NCBI GenBank assembly: GCA_964016885.1
Contig: OZ024750.1
Coordinates: 7,130,001 to 7,194,000 of the forward strand
Origin: Eledone cirrhosa
Lineage: Eukaryota
Direction: 5' to 3'
DNA length: 64,000 nucleotides
Positions within the stretch are counted from its first letter, which is position 1. Every line of letters begins with the position of its first letter. The position numbers and the translations under genes are program-made. Below, one piece after another: positions 61,708 to 64,000 of the stretch. A model generated the notes under the pieces. The model searched no databases, was not told the DNA's origin, and saw only the letters and a program-made list of their open reading frames with translations.

Positions 61708-61797
61708 ATCGATAGCCGTGATCCCTTAGGTGGCTGTTCAGATATTGCCAGCATTCTATCATCGCCATCCTCAACATCTTCCAGAATTTTCGAGTAG
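61708..61797 (-). CDS. slo: Slo1 candidate 90-nt linker exon
   Basis: ttttctgtgttacag| to GAT|gtaatt. Phase 2-2 reading YSKILEDVEDGDDRMLAISEQPPKGSRLS, in frame with the downstream exons. Coding-like GC/CpG content. The phase 1 frame is also open. Confidence 0.6.
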
Positions 61798-62609
61798 CTG
61801 TAACACAGAAAACCGACCTCCAATGTAACATAGCATGCAGGGATGTAGATTTACTTGTACATATGTATATATTTATTCTGTTTTATTAATGAGTGATTTG
61901 AAAAAAGCGATATGAATGTATTTGTGTGTGTGTGTATGTGAGTACATACATACATATGTGTATGTATATATGTATATATATATCAAATATATATGTATAT
62001 ATCAAATATATATGTATATATATCAAATATATATGTATATATATATGTATATATATATCAAATATATATATATATCAAATATATATAAATATATATATAT
62101 CTAATATATATGTATATATATCATCATCATATCAAATATATGTATATATGTGTATATATATATATATTTATATATATCAAATATATATATGTATATATAT
62201 ATCATCATCATATCAAATATATGTATATATGTGTATATATATATATGTATATATATATATTGTCCCACCCTTGCAAGCAGGGAAAAAGTGGACGTAAAAT
62301 GAAATGATGAAATGATATAGTGGTAGATCACTGGAAGGTAATATCCGTAGTGGTAGAACACTCAGTCCATGGGACGAGTTAGGTAGAAGTGGTTACACAA
62401 CAGTTAGTTCACCTTAGCCATGTGCCTCCATTTTATATATATATATATAGTGACGAAACATAAGTCAATTGCATGAACTCATAATCCTTTATTTACTTCT
62501 ATATATATTTCGATGATAGCCATTGAATGGCTATGACCTCATCAGGCAGTTAGTCAGTTCTTAGATATGCCAGCTCTGTGTTTATAGTGTTGATGGTATC
62601 AGAGCCTTG

Positions 62610-64000
<1,391 letters not shown>

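Overview
AT-rich, microsatellite-dense eukaryotic genomic DNA. The SINE/MITE content and (TA)n load suggest an octopod cephalopod, which is an inference. Almost all long ORFs in the supplied track are (TA)n/(TACA)n artefacts. Reading the minus strand by hand gives two spliced genes. (1) The 3' half of a BK/Slo1 (slowpoke, KCNMA1) calcium-activated K+ channel: seven phase-consistent exons at 48123-42910 encoding RCK2 with the calcium bowl, then a ~24 kb last intron and a terminal exon at 19007-18921. (2) Downstream on the same strand, the first two coding exons of an ARL13B-like ciliary GTPase (947-889, 393-323). The most notable signal is in the two large Slo introns. The last intron holds a diverged duplicate of the terminal exon (31804) and a third candidate exon (39757) that could each supply the last RCK2 strand and a different C-tail. 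It also holds a near-perfect ~270 bp inverted repeat and other fold-back pairs. The RCK1-RCK2 linker intron holds frame-preserving 90-nt and 36-nt cassette exon candidates. The rest is tRNA-derived SINEs (some very young, strongly strand-biased), a piggyBac-type TTAA MITE family, RTE LINE fragments, and mini- and microsatellites. All splice models come from sequence inspection only and need RNA evidence.
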